Below are positions 1 through 14,600 of a DNA stretch of 64,000 bases, piece by piece (the stretch's first letter is position 1; each line of letters opens with the position of its first letter). The stretch lies in assembly GCF_009914755.1 (NCBI RefSeq), contig NC_060929.1; one strand, written 5' to 3'. Both the position numbers and the translations under genes were made by a program. Source of the DNA: the human T2T-CHM13v2.0 reference genome, Homo sapiens. The notes under the pieces are model-generated. The model was given only the letters and a program-made list of their open reading frames with translations. It was not told where the DNA came from and did no database searches.

Positions 1-3000
1 TTAAAAGTTTCTTGGATAACTGAGAAAAAAAAGAACCTACTTTCTCTTGAGGATGCCAGAGTAAGTATCTTTCATGTAGCATTAATGTTCTATTTACCCA
101 TCAAAAACAAGGGTTAAAAGCAACGGTTACACAGAGTCCCTCCCCAAGCCTCTCATATATAATCAGAAATATCCTAAGGGACCAATTATTTTCTATTACT
201 CCTATTAGTCAGAAATTCACATATTGCAAATAATAATTTCTTCTCTCCGTCGGTCTGAATGAATTTATTCAGGATGTTATACTAAATTAGAAACTGTGAG
301 GATTATGACCAAACAAGTTTCCATGAATTTAACATTTTTTTCTACAAAACTTTATAGGATTTCACAAATTCCAGCATCAGTTGATACACAAGGGACTCCC
401 CTTTCTATTATCTGACTACCTGAATCTACCCTGTCTTAGCCAAAATAGATTATCTGTTACTCCTTTAAAAAGATTGTCCTGAGAGTCTTTTTTTCTTTTT
501 CTCCCCAAGTTGGTTCCCATTCTGAATTTGGACACTAACGAACATAGAAATCAAAGACTGTAAAGCAACTATTTATTCAGAAACATTTCAGAAGACACTA
601 AGGTTTTTATTTAGTATTCAATTAAGACTTGCCTCGAAGGCTGGGACTTCTTTATGTGAATTTGAAATTTACAGGGTATGTCACACCTACGCTATATTTA
701 GGATGCAACTGAGTGAAGATGAAATGCCTAAAGCAATTGGCACCAAGGGAATTTGGTACTTTAAACATTTTGGAAAGCCCAAGATTGCATGTGTAGTTAC
801 ATTTCCTATATTCTTTCTCTATCTCTTTTATACACTTAACACACAAATGGCATGAATTACGAAAGCAAATGTGTTTGGCACTTTGAACAAATTATCCATC
901 TTATTGAAGTAAGTTAGCTAAAACTTTTCTTTGTGTATTGGAAATTTAGACAATTGTTTGACTATTAAGAAATGATCCATGGGAAATTTGAAAGATAAAC
1001 TTCTGTACTTTATTCAGGAAATTACTAACAATTTATAAGAAAGTCAAATCGTCAATATAACAGAAACAGTGAAAAACCAAAAAAAACAAAGCTTCAAAAA
1101 AGCTAATTACTTAAGGAGGGATGACCAAGCATATAAAGCTAAGAGAAGGGAGAGGTTCAAATTAGAAATTAATTTAGAATTCAATTAAAATCTTACAAGT
1201 AACGTTTATAAAGCTTACAAACAAAATCTTACAGTTTTTCCCGATTACTGGTTAAAGTTTATAAAAATCATTTATGGAATTTCCCACAATATACACCAAA
1301 AAAAAAAAAAAGCAGAGGATAGTAAATGGGATGGGTTTTAAAGTCAGACTAAGTTCAAAACTAGCCATATAGAACTGGAGCTGCTGTAACTGCACACAAA
1401 TGGTATAGTAGTCCAGATGTATGACTGGCAGTCATAGAATAATGTGGTTCATTGTGAAAGTCAGATAATAATTTGATATTTTGTTGTAAACAGGTTTTCC
1501 ATTCTTGCATGGTGCCCTTTTATGGCAGTTGTAATCCTTAAGGGCAGGCCTTTTAACTGAACTACACTAGGACATAAATGCCATTTCCTTCTGATTTCCT
1601 GCATTGAATCTGGTCTTTGATAATCCATTCGAAAGTTTTTGTTAGATCCCTATTTGATGTAATGGCCTTACTTATTAATGCAGTTATAGCCAGGGATTAT
1701 GCACAGTAACAAAGGAATATATAACAGCACTCAAGCATAGTAATAGTAAAATGAGTTTATTTAGAGAGCTGACAAACAAGCTAGTAGCAGTTATTTATAG
1801 AAAGAAAAAGTTTATTTCTCTTATTAGTGAAATAGAGCCTCAAGCATTCAAAAAATATTTTAACTAGGGCCTATAAAAATAAAGGTCTCCCGAAGATTAT
1901 CTGTAAAGACAGATTTTGGCAACAAGTGAAATAATGCCTTATATTCATTTTATGAGTTAATTTTGTATAAAATTCACTTTTTTCCAACTATTTTTTCCTG
2001 ATGTGCCCTTTTTGTGTTCCCTCTCTACAGATACATTAAAATGTTCTACTCTGTATATTTTATCTTTGAAAACTCAAAGGCTAAATTCATTAAAATGAGA
2101 AAGAAATCTGTTGGTTTTAAAATTTATTTAAATAAAAATAAATTTAAATATTTAACTTGGCTGACACAGCCTTGTTAGGAGGTGATTAAGTAAACAATTT
2201 ACCTAGAATAAAAATATCTCTTATTAAAATGGCATGGATTTCCAGGCCAGTAAGAAAAGAAAATATCTCTCTAACCCAGGGAAAGTATTTTGGTCTAAAA
2301 AATCAAATATTCCAGATTTATTTTATATTACTCCACCCCAAATTCAAGTAGGGAGGTTTTAAAATTATGTTGTTTACCACTGGATTTCTGGAAGCAACTG
2401 AAACACTTATATAAATGCACACTCCTACCAGGAAAGTAAAAACTATTCCAAGGATATAGTAGAAGGTGAAATAGAAGTCTCCTGCCCTATAGAAATACTT
2501 CAGAAAGTCACTAGACCATAAATTTTATGAAGCCGAGTGCTGTATATTTCACCATTGTCTCTCTAACAGCCAGCAGGGTACCTGTGGCAGAACAAGCTTA
2601 ATAAACACTTAAATAAAGCAATAAAAAATGCACCTTTACTTTTGTAACTAATAGACCCACAGAAATAAAACTTTTCTTTAAGGACTATATATTTTAAGCT
2701 ATAGAACTAGACTAAATGATCAGGTAGCTAGAAAATGTTTCTGTACAATACTAAAACAAATTACTTCCTCATTATTAAGGATTAAGCCTTAATTTCCTTC
2801 TTTTTTTTTAAGCCTAATTTCTTGCCATTCCAAATATTTAAGTCTGGGAGTGTGGTAAAGCTAAAAGCTGGCTTCACAATCGGAAAAGTTCACAATACAA
2901 GAAGGTAAGCCAACCCTAAGTTGTTCCCTGACTTTGAAGGTCGGGGGTCAATCCCTGTGTTAGGGCTCCAGGACAAGCTTGTCACTTTGGTTCAGCATCC

Positions 3001-3559
3001 CTCCTGTGGAATCTGCTCATATGTGACAACTGTGTGGGGTTTCAAGATGCACACAATGAGGTTAGAGTGAGCCTGAAGTGGTGGTCTTAGTACTTACCAC
3101 CAACAGATTTCTTGGCTTCATATAAAAATCACCCATTGATAGAGTCAGAAGGTCAGCATGTCAGTCGGGTGATAACCATGTGCAACACATTTATCAGCAT
3201 TTCTATATGCACTACTCTTTACTAGTTTATGACACGAGAAGAGTCATTCGAGCAGTCAGAAAATATAGAGGAAAACTTGGAAGTATATATTTTAGAATGG
3301 GAAACACAGGAGGCAATGGAAGGTGTGCCTAGATTAGAATTGCCAGTGGTGGTGGCAAACTAAGGGTGAAAGAAAGCCACAGGGAAGAGGCAAAAATCCT
3401 CCCGGATACTATACAACTCTTGCCATAAAGAGTAACTACTGTGTCTACAACTCACCCAGTACAATCTCCTGAAAAGTGCCATCTACTAAAAGAAAATTAA
3501 AAATAAAAATTGACTGTAATATTCTTTGTAATATGGAAGAACTCACTGTTCTACTTTCC

Positions 3560-3830
3560 ATGCAAAGGACAGATGTTGAATGCCCATGATGGAGCAGGCA
3601 TGGTGCTGGGAACAGGGGTTCATTGCTCTACAAAGATGAGCAAACCCAGTCTACTCCAAAACATGCTCACAGGAGAGGTACGTGAGACAGAAGGCAATAA
3701 TTGTAATCCTTCAAGAGTTAGAGAAATGTACAAGGTTTCATGACAGCACAGAGAAGAGAGTTTTAATTCTAATTGGGGAAGTCTAGGAAGGCCCTTCAGA
3801 AGAAATGTCCACTGAGGGTGAATCTAAGCA
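3560..3830 (-). mobile_element. L2 LINE fragment (degraded)
   Basis: L2-like antisense motifs ('ttgaatgcccatgatggagcaggcatggtgctggg', 'gtctaggaaggcccttcagaagaa'). Boundaries are approximate. Confidence 0.5.
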
Positions 3831-6059
3831 ACAGAATTTGGATATTAAATCATACTAAAATAATTATTGTAAAATGACAACAGTTTAAAATGCTCAAATA
3901 GTCATATATACCAAATTATTATTTAAATAGAAAATCTGATTTTTACCCTGAATTTGTATCTCAAACAAAAGTTTGCTTAATTACCTATACTTAAGTGAGA
4001 ATGAATGAACCATATCCGCATCAACAAGGGATCATCTTTCAAACATAATTTTGCAAGGGGGTGAGGGAAACAGCCAAACACAAAAGAGTACATGCTATAT
4101 TATTCCTTTTATATAAAATTCAAAAGCAGGAAATTTAAAAAGTTTGTGATTTTCAAAATCAGGATCACTATTATTTTTAGTAGGTGGGGGCAGGGGCTTA
4201 AAGGGGCATAAAGGTGACTTTTGGCTGCTGGTACTATTTTTAATCTGGGTGGTGATTACAGGGGTGACCTTTGAAAATTAGAATTACTTATTTTTCTTCT
4301 TTGCATTTGCAACATCCAAAAAGAGTTTTTCTGTTTACAATATTTATATGTTCTTCATAGGTGACAAATAGACAAAACATATCAAAAAATACACATGTAT
4401 TTGTATGTATGCATAAAACCTGTTTCTGCTACAATGACTTTATTTGCATGCAAATTTAATGGTGAGATTAGATATATAGAGTTATGATGAGATCATCAAG
4501 GCCATTTAAATGGCAAGCAGCCACACTATGTCCCTCTTCTGTCTGGCAGAGATCACCAATGGATCACAGCACATTTTCTCTGAGACCAACGCAGCTCTCA
4601 GTACATTATTCCAGGCAGCTACTGCTATTCGTAATTACAAGTTGCCCATAGATTAAAAAGACTAGCTATCTTGGTTTTAAACAATGCAGACTGTCTAATT
4701 CTTTTGATATTTACATGAAAAAGATCTTGCAATAATGGAGGGATTTCACATATATTTCTAGGTAAACATAAAATTTCATTCCTATGTACGTAAAATGATT
4801 TTTTCAGTTACACGAATACCTTTAAAAAGTTGTCTGCTAACATCAAATTTGCTTTTTTGTGTGTGTTTTACATTACCCTAGAAGCTCTTACTGATTCATA
4901 TACTAGTAGACTCTTAACGAAACACAGAAAAGTAATTGGGCTATCTCTTTTTAAAGCAAAACACTCAGGGAATCTTTAATGGTTAATTTTTTTTCCCAAG
5001 CTGGTGAACTCCACCCTCAATCACACTTAATCCAATGTGCAGTTGTTAATTATAACAAAATAATGCTTTTACAGTTTGTTTTGTTTTGTTTTGGTAACTA
5101 CTCATAATAAAATAGTAGATATCAGAGACAGGAATGCTAAATGCCTGCTCTAACGTATTGCATTCTTGACATTTCTAGCCCCTGTGGCTGTTCAGCTCAT
5201 CCTAACACTTCACGCCACAAGAACAGACCTAACCAGATCTCTATTTTTGTCTGTTGTTCTTTAGAAATGATGGAGAAAGCATCTTAAGCCTTCTGCACTG
5301 AGCTGGGATGGCGGGACAAAGGAAAAAGGAGTCCTTCTCAGTCTGGTCTGATAGAGATGATGAGGCTCAGCTCCAGGGAGATAATAATCTGTGAATTACA
5401 CAACCAGGAATGCACCTTAGGACTAGAAGAGTAAGGGATTTGTAGAGGTAGAGAATGCCTGGCAGTGTGATTACCGTAGGACCAAGCCACAGGGTGGCAC
5501 CCAGTAGGAAAGATACATGGAGAAAGTCTTTACAAAGGTGCACCTAGAGATAATGCTCAGGTAGCTGACCATTCCTTTCAGATGAAACCCCTGCCTAGTT
5601 GTGCTTCCTTAGAGGGTTCTCATTGAGTTTTAAATAACTAAATCAGAGGTGGTTTAGCTTCCCACTGACCACTTCTTATTTTGCCACCTCCACTAAGTAG
5701 TTTACTTCTTTGACCCACCTAGATAGCAGTGTGTCTTCTTTGAATCACACTATTAACGTGATTTATCTGGAATACCTAGCTCTATATAAATGCTTAATTC
5801 TGACTGTGTTAAAAAAGACTACCTTATGGAAAAGAAACCCTTACAAAATGAATCAGCTTTCACATTTAGAGTTCTTGATTATTTAGAAAGTCATACCAAT
5901 GTGTAAACTTCAAAAATGCATAATATAAGCTAACAGTTCCTGGTCACTCACAAGGAGCCAGCCATGTGCTAAGCACTTCAGGTAGATCAACTCATTGAAC
6001 ATATTAACATATACATCATTGCTAAAGGTAACATTTTATAATTAAGAAAATATGCGAAT

Positions 6060-6240
6060 CATGAAATTATCTTATTTGCCACTCAAATTTAGGCAAGCCA
6101 CTTTACTTCATTAGGCCTCAGTCTGAGGAATAAGACTAATGAGTACTGTCTAGGATTCATCATGAGGATCTAATGAGATAATTAGGTCAAGTGAACAGCA
6201 CAGTGCCTGGCACATAGTTAAGTACACAATAAATACAAAT
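6060..6240 (+). mobile_element. MIR (degraded)
   Basis: Contains 'ggcaagccactttacttcattaggcctcagt', 'gaggatctaatgagataat' and 'agcacagtgcctggcacatag' (MIR core and 3' motifs). Confidence 0.7.
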
Positions 6241-6473
6241 TGCCACAATTTTTAATTCAGATGAAGACTATATTGAGAGGAAAGAAGTAAATTTAAAATT
6301 TCAAGATGCGAATTACAGCTACTTACTTAGCTATATGACATAAGTTTAGGAATTACATTATAGCTCAATACAAATTATAATAGAACTGCTTTCACACATT
6401 TGCCTGACAGACTAATTTTTAGCTCTCTTTTTCAGCTCAAACTTCATTTTTGAAGTTAAAAAAATATTTCTCC

Positions 6474-6630
6474 AGCCAGGCATGGTGGTGTATGCCTGTA
6501 GTCCCAGTTACTGGGAAGGCTAAGGCAGGAGGATTGAGACTAGGAGTTCAAGGCTGTAGTGCATATGATCACACCTGTAAATAGCCACTGTACCTCAGCC
6601 TGGGAAACACAGTGAGACCCTGTCTCTAAA
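6474..6630 (+). mobile_element. FAM-type (fossil Alu monomer, 7SL-derived) SINE
   Basis: Single Alu monomer retaining the 7SL-like segment 'atgatcacacctgtaaatagccactg' that dimeric Alus lack. The tail has decayed to (TA)n. Confidence 0.8.
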
Positions 6631-9600
6631 TATATATATATATATTCTTCAACAAATCTTTTTACCACTTAAGCATTGACATTGTTTTTAACAGTTTTTC
6701 TTGACCCTACTTGACTGGAAATGTTAAAGACTAGCAAAATGTTTCCAGCTCCACATTGGGGTTAGGGGTGGGGAAAATCAGATTATAGGTTATTCTCTGT
6801 GGTCTCTTTTATTTCAAAGGTTTTATGGTGCTACTAACTGGTCAAATGCCAGAGAGAAGGAAAACTGCAATTTATAGTCTGACCAGAGGAAGAGAGTCAA
6901 TAAGCTGAACGAGTCAGGAACTAGCTAGATCTCCAAGGAATGGAGCCGTGTCAAAGTCCATGTTCTATTTCTCAATATATCTCTAGGGCTCACAGTTGGA
7001 GGCTTGTATACAAATCTTGGGGGGAAAGGCAGACAAATACCATAGGCAAACATGTTCTTGATATACATAAGATTAAAAGAAGAAACTTGAACAGTCTAGG
7101 ACAGGAAGGAAAAGTATAAGTAGCAGCTTGTTGACTACTTTTCTAATACCATGAAACAGAACTATGTGTAGCCAAAGCAGTTTAGATAGTGAGGAAAAGC
7201 AAACAAAACAATAAGAACAACAACAACAAATATGGGATGTAGTTTCGACAGACCAAGATTTTTCTGCAGCACTGTAATTTTATAAGCTGTGCGACTTCAA
7301 GTTTTATTCATACAGTTTATTCATACAGTTGCTTCAACTGTATATAGTACTAAGTTCATTGTCTGTCAAAGAGTAGATGCCCAATACATTGTAGCTATCA
7401 TTAATGAGGTTATGACTCCAACTATGACTATAGACCTAGAAGCTGCTTTCTCCAGCTAGCTGGTGATCTAGCTGCCAATCAGTTACTTGCTATTCTATAA
7501 CAAAGTTGCAGTATCAGAGCAAAAATCACAGCCCGCTGTTGCCTATCCCATGTTAGAATGCCATTGGTTAAAAGTGGACACATTTTACAGTAATTTATCC
7601 TGACTAAAATAGTATCAGTCATATAAATTCCTTGATGCAAAGAAAAAACTCTGTGCCACATTGCAATGGAATGACATCCTGAATGTTAGGAATTATTATT
7701 TTCTGTATTCCATATGAATGTCTCAAGCAAGTTCACTAAAAAGAGCTCAATTTCTCATCTTTGATGTATTTTAAACAAGAAAGAGAATTAGATACAACGG
7801 GAGCACTTTTCTCTAGGAAGTCTGAAAACAATTACCTACTGAAATTATGTTTAATGAAACATTTATTTTAACAAGTCACACTGGTGCCATCTATTTTACA
7901 ATTTAGAATGAATATTTTGCAATATGAAATGAAAAAAGACCAAGAAGTCACTCACTAGCAGTTTTCAAAGGCCATAAAGAAGAATTGGTTTATCTATTGA
8001 TTCACTCTCATTATATCTACTGACAACTAAGAGGAAATGGGTTAGAATTTAAGCAAAGAAGATTTGTATTAGATATAAAGAAAACTTCCTAACTCTGTGG
8101 GTTTAAAACAACAGGACTGCTTCCTATAAGGGTACTTTGGAAGATGCAATCCTTGGTGTGCATACATTCTACACCTAGTTTCTAGTTTTCTAATTTCTTA
8201 TTCTTCCTCATGTGTAGTAGGGAAATGGAAGGGCTTGCAGGTGACCCCCTTTACCCTATGGCAGAAATTCTTAGGGCTGAGATGGGGGGCAAATGTCCTC
8301 TACACTGAGTTTCATTAATGGCAGCTTTTGCCCAGAGGTTGCCAGTGTTATTAAACAGGGTAGGGTGCTAGATGGTGGATGCTTAGTTCAAACTGGGCTG
8401 GAATTCTTCCATATTGGTCTCTGTATAATCTCTTTTTTCTTGCCACACTTCCCCAGCTCTTCTCTTGAAATATTCCCTTGTGTTTTTCTAACTCTTATTC
8501 TGAAGAGCAGTTCACCCTTCTGTTAGCTTCTCTAATTCGCATCCTCAGCCATCACCCAGGATGCTCATTAGGGAGCCAATCCCCTTAGAAGGCTTAGGAC
8601 AGATAATAAATACTTACAATATTGCCCCTGTCATGCTAAAAAACTGCATCCATAGGTTCTGGCATTCTTCCTACTTTCCATACTTTTGAAATGCTTTCTA
8701 ATTTAGGTCAAACTTGACAAAGAACTAGGCAATTTGAGAGCTGAGACATATCACTGGCACAGGCTCTCATTAGTTAGTTACCTGTACACAGTTATATTTA
8801 ACAGTGTCTCACCCAGGCTTGCTGTCATTGTGCCCCATGTGGTACCCCAGCCCTTCCCATAGGCACCAATCCCTGGAGAGATTTGGTGCTTGTGGCTGAA
8901 GTATACCTTACTTCTGTCCATTTTCTAATATACCTTCAACCCCTGTATTATATTTTGAGATATTGGATCACCTCTGGAAAGGCTTCCAAGAAAATCTATA
9001 TTGATTTTTTATTAAGACTGTGCTTTCTTTGTGACTATCTTCCTTACCAACCTAGCTAATATCCCTCAGGCCCTATTCTCTTTACCTTTATCTAAACTTT
9101 GACAATTCTATATGTTTAGTATTAGTATTATTGGGAATATTTATACATATCGCTCAGCATCTTTCCCTAAAAAGCTTAAAAACTCCTTAAAGGCCTCATT
9201 AATATTCTTCCCCTTCAGTTTCATCTTAGAATCTACTTTTCTCAATCTTGCTAGTAATGGTTGGGTGGATCCATGACTAACCATTCGTATACTCATGGTT
9301 ACCTTCATGTCATCATCCCTTCTGATTCAATAGAATTCACTACATGATTGGAATGATTGACAGAGGAACTACTAAGTGAGCTATTCCTTTACCTCTCCTA
9401 AAAGGCAAGTTTTAATGATAAGGCCAAAACCATGGTGTGCCTCAGATCCGTGGGGAAGAAAAAAAAAAGAGTTGCAGTCAGGACTAAGTATTATTGCACA
9501 CATAACCACAGCCAGTTGACATGATAGAAAAAGAGGGTGGAGAACCCCATTTTGAAATACCAAAAGAAGCGTCTTGCTTCTGAAGAATTTCATACCAATT

Positions 9601-9955
9601 CAGCATTTCTTTACCAACAACCATACTCACTTCCTGAATTATCAGCTATGCATCATACAGTGTTTAGTGCATGATTTTCTCATTCCAGATGAGCCTAAAA
9701 TAAACTTGTAAAAAATAAGATGCTAAATAAAATGAATAGATCTTAACTATTATAGTGATAACTCTTCTGTGTTATCTCAGAAGTGGGAAAAGTTACATAA
9801 CTTCAAGGTCTTATAAGGCAGAGGTATTTGAACTGCTACATTACCTACGAGTTTATCCCAATCCATATAGAGATACAGAATACACAAATGACTCTCCCGC
9901 GGTAAGGCAGCACTGCAGAGAGTAAAACTGTAAGTGATCTTAACAGTCATTAGCT

Positions 9956-10263
9956 TAGTGGTTTTCAAACAATATTCCTTGGAATCCTAAAGTCTTTAGA
10001 GGTATTTTAAGGAGAGGGTTTGAATTTGGGGTGGGGGGTAAATGTACAAACTCAGTGGCTGTTTTATTGTTTTATGTGTGCTTATACTTTTTACTTATAT
10101 ATTTCACACATATCTATGTTTTTAAAAATTATATCTATATATTGAATTTATATATGATTTTATATCTAAAAATTACAGTATAAATATTCATTTATATTAA
10201 CTTCAACTCACATTTCATTAATAAAAAATGTCCCATTGAAATAAACGTGTTTAAAATCCATTG
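9956..10263. mobile_element. hAT-Charlie-type non-autonomous DNA transposon relic
   Basis: Imperfect terminal inverted repeats tagtggttttcaaac (9956) and gtttaaaatccattg (10249-10263), resembling CAGTGGTTTTCAAAC TIRs, with an AT-rich interior. Confidence 0.5.
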
Positions 10264-10951
10264 ACCTGCCTTGCCCCTTTTATTTTACAGGACAGTAGAC
10301 TTGGCTTCAGAGGGACTAGGTGACTCCTCCAGGGACACAGAGCATGTTAGAAGTACAGTGGACAAATGGCTTTTTCCAGGGAATCTCATACTTCATGACT
10401 TTAAAGAGTAAACCTATCTGTGATCCACTCTGTGTCTTTCTAGTTATGTTTTAAATACATCAAATATTTCAAGGTATCTTAATCATTTCTAAAAGCTGTA
10501 TATCTTTAAGTATATTTCATAACAGATACATCACTAACTTGGGTAATAGGACCAAAAAAAGTTTACCTCATGCTCAAAACCCTGAACCAACTTTGACAGT
10601 AGTCACATACCTAAACCAAATCATAATATATATTGCACAGGCAGAAAATATGAGAATTCCATTTGTTTGCGTATTTACAAGTTTCTAAGATAGAAGAAAT
10701 AGGAAGGAAGATTGCATATTTTTTTCAAAGCTGATCTTAGATGTCATACAAAATCTGATATGTACTACTTGTTTCCAACCTGAAGCCTTACAGAGCTTGC
10801 AGAGAACAGAAAAACTTGGTAATAGAATTGGAAAGATAATCTATTCAAAATTGTGAGGCATTGGCCTTTTGTTCTTTATTGTCTGTTATAAAGACCAGAG
10901 GACCTTATTTGCTACCAGTAGAGAATATAATGGTCTACAAGCTGCAAGAGC

Positions 10952-11015
10952 CTTTCACAAAGCTATTTTTCAACAACCAACAGTCTTTCACAAAGCTATT
11001 TTTCAACAACCAACA
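10952..11015 (+). repeat. Tandem duplication with a 33-bp period
   Basis: ctttcacaaagctatttttcaacaaccaaca occurs identically at 10952-10982 and 10985-11015. Confidence 0.95.
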
Positions 11016-11149
11016 ACGTCAACCCTGAATTTCATAGGCTACCATACTTCCGAAAAGAAAACTGCCAAATACTGTAATGCATCTAGAAATATTCACAACA
11101 TGAACACTTTTATGGCCATTAAAAAGATAATTATATCCACAGTAGAGGA

Positions 11150-11370
11150 AGGCAACAAGCTGAAGAACCAGAGCACGTTCTTTGAGGTAGACAGACTTGG
11201 GTTACCCCAGCCTATGACCTTGCTCAAGTTATTTCATCTCACGGAATCATTTTCTCACCTGTAAAATTAGGATTAACAACTCCTTCTTTTCAATATTGTA
11301 ATAAGAACTAAATAATATATATGTAAAATTCTTGATAGAGCTCTTTCATAAGACACTCAATAAAATGAAA
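11150..11370 (+). mobile_element. MIR
   Basis: Contains 'tgaccttgctcaagttatttcatctc...ttttctcacctgtaaaat' and 'cactcaataaaatg'. Confidence 0.7.
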
Positions 11371-11393
11371 GCTATAAGTATTAGAAAAATGGA

Positions 11394-11695
11394 TTTTTTT
11401 TTTTTTTTTAAATTGAGACAGAGTCTTGCTCTGTCACCCAGGCTGGAGTGCAGTGGCACGATCTTGGCTCACTGTAACCTCCACCTCCTGGGTTGAAGCA
11501 ATTCTCATGCCTCAGCCTCCCAAGAAGCTGAGATTACAGGCATGTTCCACCACTCTGGCTAATTTTTGGATTTTTAGTAGAGACAGGGTTGTGCCATTTT
11601 GGCCAGGCTGGTCTTGAACTCCTGGCCTCAGGCGATCTGCCTGCCTCAGCCTCCTAAATTGCAGGTATTACAGGAGCAAGCTACGCCGCCTGGCC
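11394..11695 (-). mobile_element. Alu (old, J/S type)
   Basis: Poly-T followed by 'gagacagagtcttgctctgtcacccaggctggagtgcagtgg...cctggcc'. Degenerate flanking repeat aaaaatgga / aaaaataga. Confidence 0.95.
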
Positions 11696-14600
11696 AAAAA
11701 TAGAAAAATATTGATATGTTAAATGAAGAAGCAGAGTACAGAAATAGTATTTACAGCTATTTAAGATATGTAAGGTAAGTTGAAAATGAGAATAACTGAG
11801 GATGGAATAATGGGGTTAATGGGTTATTTTCCTTCCAACATATTAATGTTATTCCATCTTTTTGATTCTCAATTATAAAATTGGACATTTTAGCTTATAT
11901 GAATGCTTTCCACTGTGATCATGAGGCCAAAATAAGAATGCTAAGCCAGTCTAGATTTTTACAACCTTAAGAGAAAAGAGCTAATAAAAAAATTATAATC
12001 CTCCATTGGTCAGAGTTGCAAGAAAATTCAGAAAATTGTATCCAACCAGTACTGAAATACTCATTTGCATATTATATAACCTGAGCAAATTGTGGTTTAA
12101 TGTCTAAGTAGATATTGGCATATATAAAGATGAGCTTGCTAATACATATAGTAGGTATATTTTTAATATTTTAAACTTTCATATATAATACTTTATTGAT
12201 AAAAACTACATACAATATGCAAATACAGTGAAGAAAAGAGAGGCAGTCCCCCTTACCTTCACTCCTACCATTTTTTTTTTTACTCCTAAAAAATAACCAC
12301 TACCAAAAGCTTGGACAGAGTCTTCCAGAATTTTTTCTGCATCTACAAACCTAAGTATTACATGTATACTTATTACATAATAATACTTATAATGAAAAGT
12401 ATAAGTACTATTACATATACAATAACCAATTTTAAAATTTGCTTTAAAAACAACCACAGTCATATTTTGAACAGTAGCATCTCTTTTATTTTCAGATTAC
12501 ATAATGAATGATCTTACATGTAACACATAAATCCTAAACACTGTTCTGTCAGCAGGAAAGAAAAAAGTCCACTTCCATTGACTAAACTTCTCTTTATATT
12601 TATATTTGTAAGACTAATAATGTTTTACTTACTTAAACTAAATCACAAGTCTTAATTACATTAATGAGAAGTATCCCTGGGAAATGTTTATAAATGTTTA
12701 TAAAAGTGTTAAAGAGATATCAAGGAATATGTAAGGTAATATTTTCATAGTATATAACAACTGACTAAATCTGAATTTAAGATATGCAAGAAAGGCAAAC
12801 AATTCTGCAATCAATGAATCTGCTAATTTTATTAGCTTTATGAGCATAAGAAAATATATAAAGTTTTTCTCAATTTCATGCAGGCACATTTTTTTAAAAT
12901 AATGCTTAAGAATAAATACTATAATCACTTTCTGCTAGAACGTGGCATATAAATAACTGTTCCTTAAATAAAAGCAACCTAGTATACACCTTTATTAAAT
13001 AAACCCTAAATTTGGACACCTATGTTACAAAGAGACAAATAGATTAATTTTAAGGTTATTTGTATTTTGTCTTGAAATTAATAAAATTTTAATTATAACA
13101 GGCTGACCTTTAATAAGAGGAAGGGTATAAAATACAAGTTTGCCATGAAATCCCATTTAAAATGTGAATATCTCATAGCAATTTAATTAAGGCTGTAAGG
13201 ACAAGTTAGTGTGGACTGCTTTTTATGATACTTGGAGAGAAACAAATAGAAAAAGGTAAAGAAGTAATCCAAAACATTGGATTCTTGCACAATACAACAA
13301 ACTTCCAAACGTAATGTTTGGCTTTAGGGAATCCCGGAGGACAGTAGACAGATTTGGAGAAAGTAGACCAATGGAACACAAAATAGATTTATGTAATCAG
13401 AGTGAAGATGGTAAAGCCAGAAAGATGTGTCCCAAGAACAAAGTATTTTGGAGATCAACCTGGAAACAAATAAACATCTGAAAAAGAGATAAATGGCAAA
13501 GTTTTAGGTCTCTCTCATGGGAAGTCAACTGAAAAGGAATGAGGGTAGGGTGGTGGTGGAGAAATGCAGACAGCAACACTGGTGAGAAAACATTGTCCCT
13601 CTGAGCAATTTGAGGCCCGTGGCCTTTATGTGCAGAGGCACAAGAAGAGAGGCCGTTTGGGTTTTTTTAATGCTCAAGTAAACATGTGTGTGTGTATGTA
13701 TGTGTATACATATATATACACACAAACATATATTTTCTCTACATACCAAATCTATAATCTATATTGATTTTATACATGTAATTAAATAAATAAATATAAT
13801 AGATGTGTCTAATATTTGACTGATAGACGGATAATAAAATGGCAAAACTGTTACTACAGCTGATTATACCCTCAGGCCAAATTTTTTGGCAGCTGCAGTG
13901 ATATACCCAAGCGGTTATATTATTAAGTCAGATGTAAGATTAATAACTGGAGAGGTTTCTATAGTGTGTAGTTAAATCTAAGAATCATGCATATATAGAG
14001 AGAGATTTATTTCTTACACAGAAATCATTCTATCCCCAAGTCTATGGAGAATATTTTTAGTTAAATGGAAAAATACACACATTAACAAATCAAAATATTT
14101 AAAAATGCATTTTAAATTGTGGCTTGACTTATGAAAATATCCCATACAATTTAAAACAAAAAATATAATAATTGTGGATAAAAATAGACTATGATAATCT
14201 CAGAGAGGTAAAGGGTGTCAATGTTACTCATCTCCTGAAATGAACAAATTATTTCCAATTGAAACCTGAATTTGAAAATACATCTCCTGGCAGTTTAGAC
14301 AAAAAGAGAAATAGTTTGGTTAAACACTATTTTTAAAGTAGTAACATCTTTTCACATAGGAATGGTATAAATTATAAATGAGTTAAATTCATGTATATTA
14401 TAAATTCTGTTTACTCATGTTGGTGATTTATATTAGCTATGGTAATTCATACAAGGATTTTAAGGATTTTCCAGTATTTATTGTTTGAGGAAAAAAAGGA
14501 CAGGACTCTCCAAATTTGTTTGCAGATGCAATCTTTTCTTTAAATAAACTCAAGGAATAATTTATTGCACGTGTTATTTTGTAAGAAATGGCAAGTAACG

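Noticed and set aside
10869-11264. 131-aa ORF with a repeated FHKAIFQQPT peptide
   Set aside because: It starts at TTG, the repeat comes from the 33-bp DNA duplication, its 3' end runs into a MIR, and it resembles no protein family I know.
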